52,434 bases of DNA. Source: Polyangia bacterium. GTDB taxonomy: Bacteria > Myxococcota_A > Polyangia > Palsa-1104. Location of the stretch: positions 1 through 52,434 of the forward strand of contig DASREC010000222.1 of the NCBI GenBank assembly GCA_035652295.1, read 5' to 3'. Both the position numbers and the translations under genes were made by a program. The first letter of the stretch is position 1, and every line of letters begins with the position of its first letter. Shown in pieces: positions 49,641 through 52,434 of the stretch. The notes under the pieces are model-generated. The model saw only the letters and a list, made by a program, of their open reading frames with translations. It did no database searches and was not told where the DNA came from.

Positions 49641-51037
49641 AGCGACGCCGGCGGAAAGTAGAGCCCGATGCGCCGCCGCGTCCACCACGCGCCGGTGCGC
49701 CGCCGCGTCGCCAGGTCGGTCATTCGATAGTCGTAGAGCGTCGCCCGCACGAAGCGCGGCGGCCGCTCGGGAAACGGATTGACCTCGAACAGCGCCAGCA
49801 CCTCGCGCGCGCCCTCGAGCAGGCGGCGCAGGAGCGTGACGAACCAGAACGGCGGCGGCGTCTTGGCGGCGAACCAGAGCTGCCAGTCGAGACGCGGCTG
49901 GTGCGGTGCGGCCCGGCGCGGCGGGCGGCGCGGATCGCCCGGCTTGTACGGCAACTCATATTCGCGCCACTCGACGCCGTCGTTCGATCCCTCGATCACG
50001 ATCTCGGGACGGTCGATGGTCATGACGCTGAACAGCCCGTACTGGTTGGTCACGCAGAACGGCGCGAGCGCGCGCTCCATCCGCTCGACGCGCGCCGCCC
50101 GCGCGGTGCGCGGGCGCGGGAGAAATCGCCGCGCGAACGAGCGCGCCGAGAGCGCGAGCAGCGGCGCGTCGGTGGCGAGCGCCAGCCACTCGGGACGCGA
50201 CCGGACCTTCGCCCGGGCGCGCGCGCCGAGATCGCAGTCGTCGAGCACCCACACGCCGAGCAGCGCCGACAGCACGTTGAAGAAGCCGTAGTTTCCCGTC
50301 GCCGCGATGGCCGCCTGCAATAGCTCGACGAGCGCGAACGCCGCGCGCCGCAGCCGCCGCGGACCGAGCACGAGCCACGGCGCGCCCGCTTCGATGCCGA
50401 GCGCCAACGCCGTCGACACGCGCTGCAGCCACGGCGGCGCGTGGTGCGCGTACCAGCCGAGCCGCGTCGGCAGCGGCTGGCTCTCGTAGTGGTGCGCGCA
50501 CGCGGTGAGCCGCCGCCAGTGCGGATCGCGCGAGTGCCACTTGGCCGCGCCCGAGCCGAAGTAGAGCCGGAACACCAGCCAGCGCGGGAGCGCCACGTCG
50601 CCGCGCGCCGGCGGCTTGCGCCCGGCGATCACGAACGCGTGCACGCACGACTCGAGCAGCAGCGTGTCCCACTGAAAGCTCATGAAGTCGAGCCCGGCGG
50701 TCACGAACGACAGGTAGATCGTCCACGAGATCGCTAGCGACGTGCGCGGCGCGAATCCGGCGGCCAGCGCCAGCGACGACGCCTCGCCCACGCGCACCGC
50801 GCGCTCGAGCGCCTGGTCGCGCGCGTCGAGCCAGAAGATCGTCGGCAGCCGCCGGTATCGCTCGCGCCCGAGCTGCGCGCGCGCCGCCGCCAGCGTGTCG
50901 GCGATCGGCGCGAGCCCGCGCCGCCCGAACAGCCCGAGCACCTGCCGCTCGAGCGAGCGGAACGCCAGGTACTGCACCCAGCCGAGCCCGCGCAGGAACC
51001 AGTCCCGCACGCGCGAGGTCGAGCAGCGTCGTCTCAT
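49631..51037 (-). CDS. Lipase maturation factor (LMF1-like) family membrane protein
   Basis: WFLRGLGWVQYLAFRSLERQVLGL, MSFQWDTLLLE and HQPRLDWQLWFAA match LMF-family hallmarks as I remember them. I chose the ATG at 51037 because of its ATGA overlap with the BON gene stop. Confidence 0.75.
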   Translation of the reverse strand: MRRRCSTSRVRDWFLRGLGWVQYLAFRSLERQVLGLFGRRGLAPIADTLAAARAQLGRERYRRLPTIFWLDARDQALERAVRVGEASSLALAAGFAPRTSLAISWTIYLSFVTAGLDFMSFQWDTLLLESCVHAFVIAGRKPPARGDVALPRWLVFRLYFGSGAAKWHSRDPHWRRLTACAHHYESQPLPTRLGWYAHHAPPWLQRVSTALALGIEAGAPWLVLGPRRLRRAAFALVELLQAAIAATGNYGFFNVLSALLGVWVLDDCDLGARARAKVRSRPEWLALATDAPLLALSARSFARRFLPRPRTARAARVERMERALAPFCVTNQYGLFSVMTIDRPEIVIEGSNDGVEWREYELPYKPGDPRRPPRRAAPHQPRLDWQLWFAAKTPPPFWFVTLLRRLLEGAREVLALFEVNPFPERPPRFVRATLYDYRMTDLATRRRTGAWWTRRRIGLYFPPASLQR

Positions 51038-51591
51038 CCCAGGCGGCGCGCCGCGTAGGCGATGGTCATGCCGGCGGCCAGCGCGGTCAGCAGCCGCGCG
51101 CCCGGCGACCACTTGAACGGCAGCCGCGGCGCGAACGCGCGGCTCGGCTCGTCGGTCGGCTGGAGCTGGTTCTCGACGTCGTGAACGCCGCGCACCGCGC
51201 GCAGCGCCGCGAGCAGCCGCTCGACGTCGGCCGCCGGCGCCTTGCCGCGCAAGGTGACGCGCCCGTCGTGCACCGCGAGCTCGACGGTGCGCGGATGCGC
51301 CATCAGGTGACCCAGCCGGGCGTGCGCGCGCTCGGCGAGCACGTCGTCGTCCGCCTGCTCGCGCGCGAACACCGACCGCAGATCGAACCAGAGCCCGCGC
51401 GCGCGGTGCCCCAGGTCACGCGCCGCGACGTCGGCGCGCTCCTCTACCTCATGGACGCCGCGCGCCACCTGGTCGCGCAGCTTGCCGCGCCGGCGCCTGC
51501 CGCGCGCCGGGTCGAGCGTGTACATGAGGCCCGCGCCGACCGCCAGCCCTTCGAGGAACAGCGACGCTCTCGTTGCCAGTTGCGTTTCCAT
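51034..51591 (-). CDS. BON-domain protein with N-terminal membrane/YtxH-like helix
   Basis: The pattern ...VELAVHDGRVTLRGKAPAADVERLLAALRAVRGVHDVENQL is a typical BON domain. Confidence 0.7.
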   Translation of the reverse strand: METQLATRASLFLEGLAVGAGLMYTLDPARGRRRRGKLRDQVARGVHEVEERADVAARDLGHRARGLWFDLRSVFAREQADDDVLAERAHARLGHLMAHPRTVELAVHDGRVTLRGKAPAADVERLLAALRAVRGVHDVENQLQPTDEPSRAFAPRLPFKWSPGARLLTALAAGMTIAYAARRLG

Positions 51592-51624
51592 GACAAGCGA
51601 CTTGCGCGTGCAAGCCGCTCACCA

Positions 51625-52434
51625 TCAAGCGCAGACGCCGCTTTGACACGTTTGACCGTTGGGGCAGGCCTTGTAACACGCGCCGCAGTTCTGGCGATCG
51701 CTCGTGAGGTCGACGCACGAGCGCGAGCACTTGGTGAGCGAGCCGGCGCACGCGTCGGCGCACGCGCCCTGGCTGCACACCTGCGTCGAGGGACACGCGT
51801 TGCCGCACGCGCCGCACTGGTACGGATCGACGTCGAGCCGCGCGCAGCTCCCGGGGCAGGCGCTGGTATCGGGCGGGCACGCGCACTGCCCGCCCTGGCA
51901 CGACGCGCCGCCGCCGCAGTACGCGTAGCAGAGCCCGCAGTTGCCGTTGTCCGTCGAGAAATTCACGCACGCCGGCGGCAGCGTCGAGCACGCGACCTGG
52001 TAGCCCGCGGGGCACTGGCAGCTGCCGGCGATGCACGACGCGCCTTTCGGGCAGGCGTTGTTGCACGCGCCGCAGTTCTGCGGATCGCTGGCGAGCGTCG
52101 CGCAGGTGCCGCCGCACACGGTCTGGCCGGCGCCGCACGTGGTGCACTGGCCTTGATAGCACTCGAGCCCGGGCCCGCATTTGGTGCCGCAGCCGCCGCA
52201 GTTCGCCGGATCGGCATTGACGTCCGTGCACGTGTTTCCGCAAAGCGTGAATGGCGCATTGCAACCCGCTTTGCAATGACCGGCAATGCAATAACAGGGA
52301 TATCCAGGGAAACAGAAATCGCCGGTGCCGGGCTGCGGGTGCGAGCAGTCGTTGTTGCAGGCGCCGCAGTTCTTGATGTCGCTGGTGGTGTCGACGCATT
52401 GCTCCGTCGGCAATCCGGTTCCGTCGGAGACGTA
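51625..52434 (-). CDS. Secreted Cys-rich repeat protein, 3' portion (the gene continues beyond the right edge)
   Basis: Six repeats of about 42 aa fit the pattern C-x-D-x3-D-x2-NCGxCGxxC-x3-5-C-x2-G-x-C. The frame is open from 52434 (YVSDGTGL precedes the track's TTG 'M'). Stop at 51625. Confidence 0.75.
   Translation of the reverse strand, partial: YVSDGTGLPTEQCVDTTSDIKNCGACNNDCSHPQPGTGDFCFPGYPCYCIAGHCKAGCNAPFTLCGNTCTDVNADPANCGGCGTKCGPGLECYQGQCTTCGAGQTVCGGTCATLASDPQNCGACNNACPKGASCIAGSCQCPAGYQVACSTLPPACVNFSTDNGNCGLCYAYCGGGASCQGGQCACPPDTSACPGSCARLDVDPYQCGACGNACPSTQVCSQGACADACAGSLTKCSRSCVDLTSDRQNCGACYKACPNGQTCQSGVCA

Overview
The window is 52.4 kb, very GC-rich (about 70% from hand counts of sample lines) and gene-dense. 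It carries no rRNA, tRNA, CRISPR array, transposase or integrase that I can see. Many long Arg/Ala/Pro-rich ORFs in the track are off-frame shadows typical of high-GC DNA. I accepted an ORF only when it had recognisable motifs and/or G/C at nearly every third codon position (GC3). The gene content suggests a Myxococcota-type chromosome (inference): two sigma-54 enhancer-binding proteins (EBPs), an FHA-GGDEF protein, many lipoproteins, a Cys-rich secreted repeat protein and giant alpha-2-macroglobulins (A2Ms).

Left to right, the window contains:
- a GT87-type membrane glycosyltransferase
- a GAF/sigma-54 regulator and an MBL-fold hydrolase
- three secreted lipoprotein hydrolases (two of them phosphatases)
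- the Lhr helicase and a small CbiX-like chelatase
- a 1980-aa thioester A2M lying downstream of an atypical sensor-kinase / receiver-like / sigma-54 activator operon
- FHA-GGDEF, a metallophosphoesterase and Lnt
- a second thioester A2M (about 1970 aa) in the classical A2M-PbpC arrangement, extended by an L,D-transpeptidase
- a long minus-strand operon: FAD oxidoreductase, ClC channel, CobB, SIMPL protein and two tandem secreted paralogues
- four tandem paralogous Cys4 zinc-ribbon-like membrane proteins
- a GMC oxidoreductase, two tandem paralogous lipoproteins and a double zinc-ribbon protein
- a bacterial lipase-maturation-factor homologue coupled to a BON protein
- a truncated Cys-rich repeat protein at the right edge

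The most interesting candidates are:
- the sigma-54/atypical two-component module wired to a thioester A2M
- the four-gene zinc-ribbon paralogue array
- several conspicuous intergenic structures: a 29-bp-TIR palindromic element, an inverted hexanucleotide microsatellite pair with a C8 tract, a 25-bp inverted repeat in an AT-rich island, and a tandem 17-bp AT-cored repeat
- a sharp intragenic GC drop in the first A2M

All family assignments come from motif recognition by eye. No database search was run.
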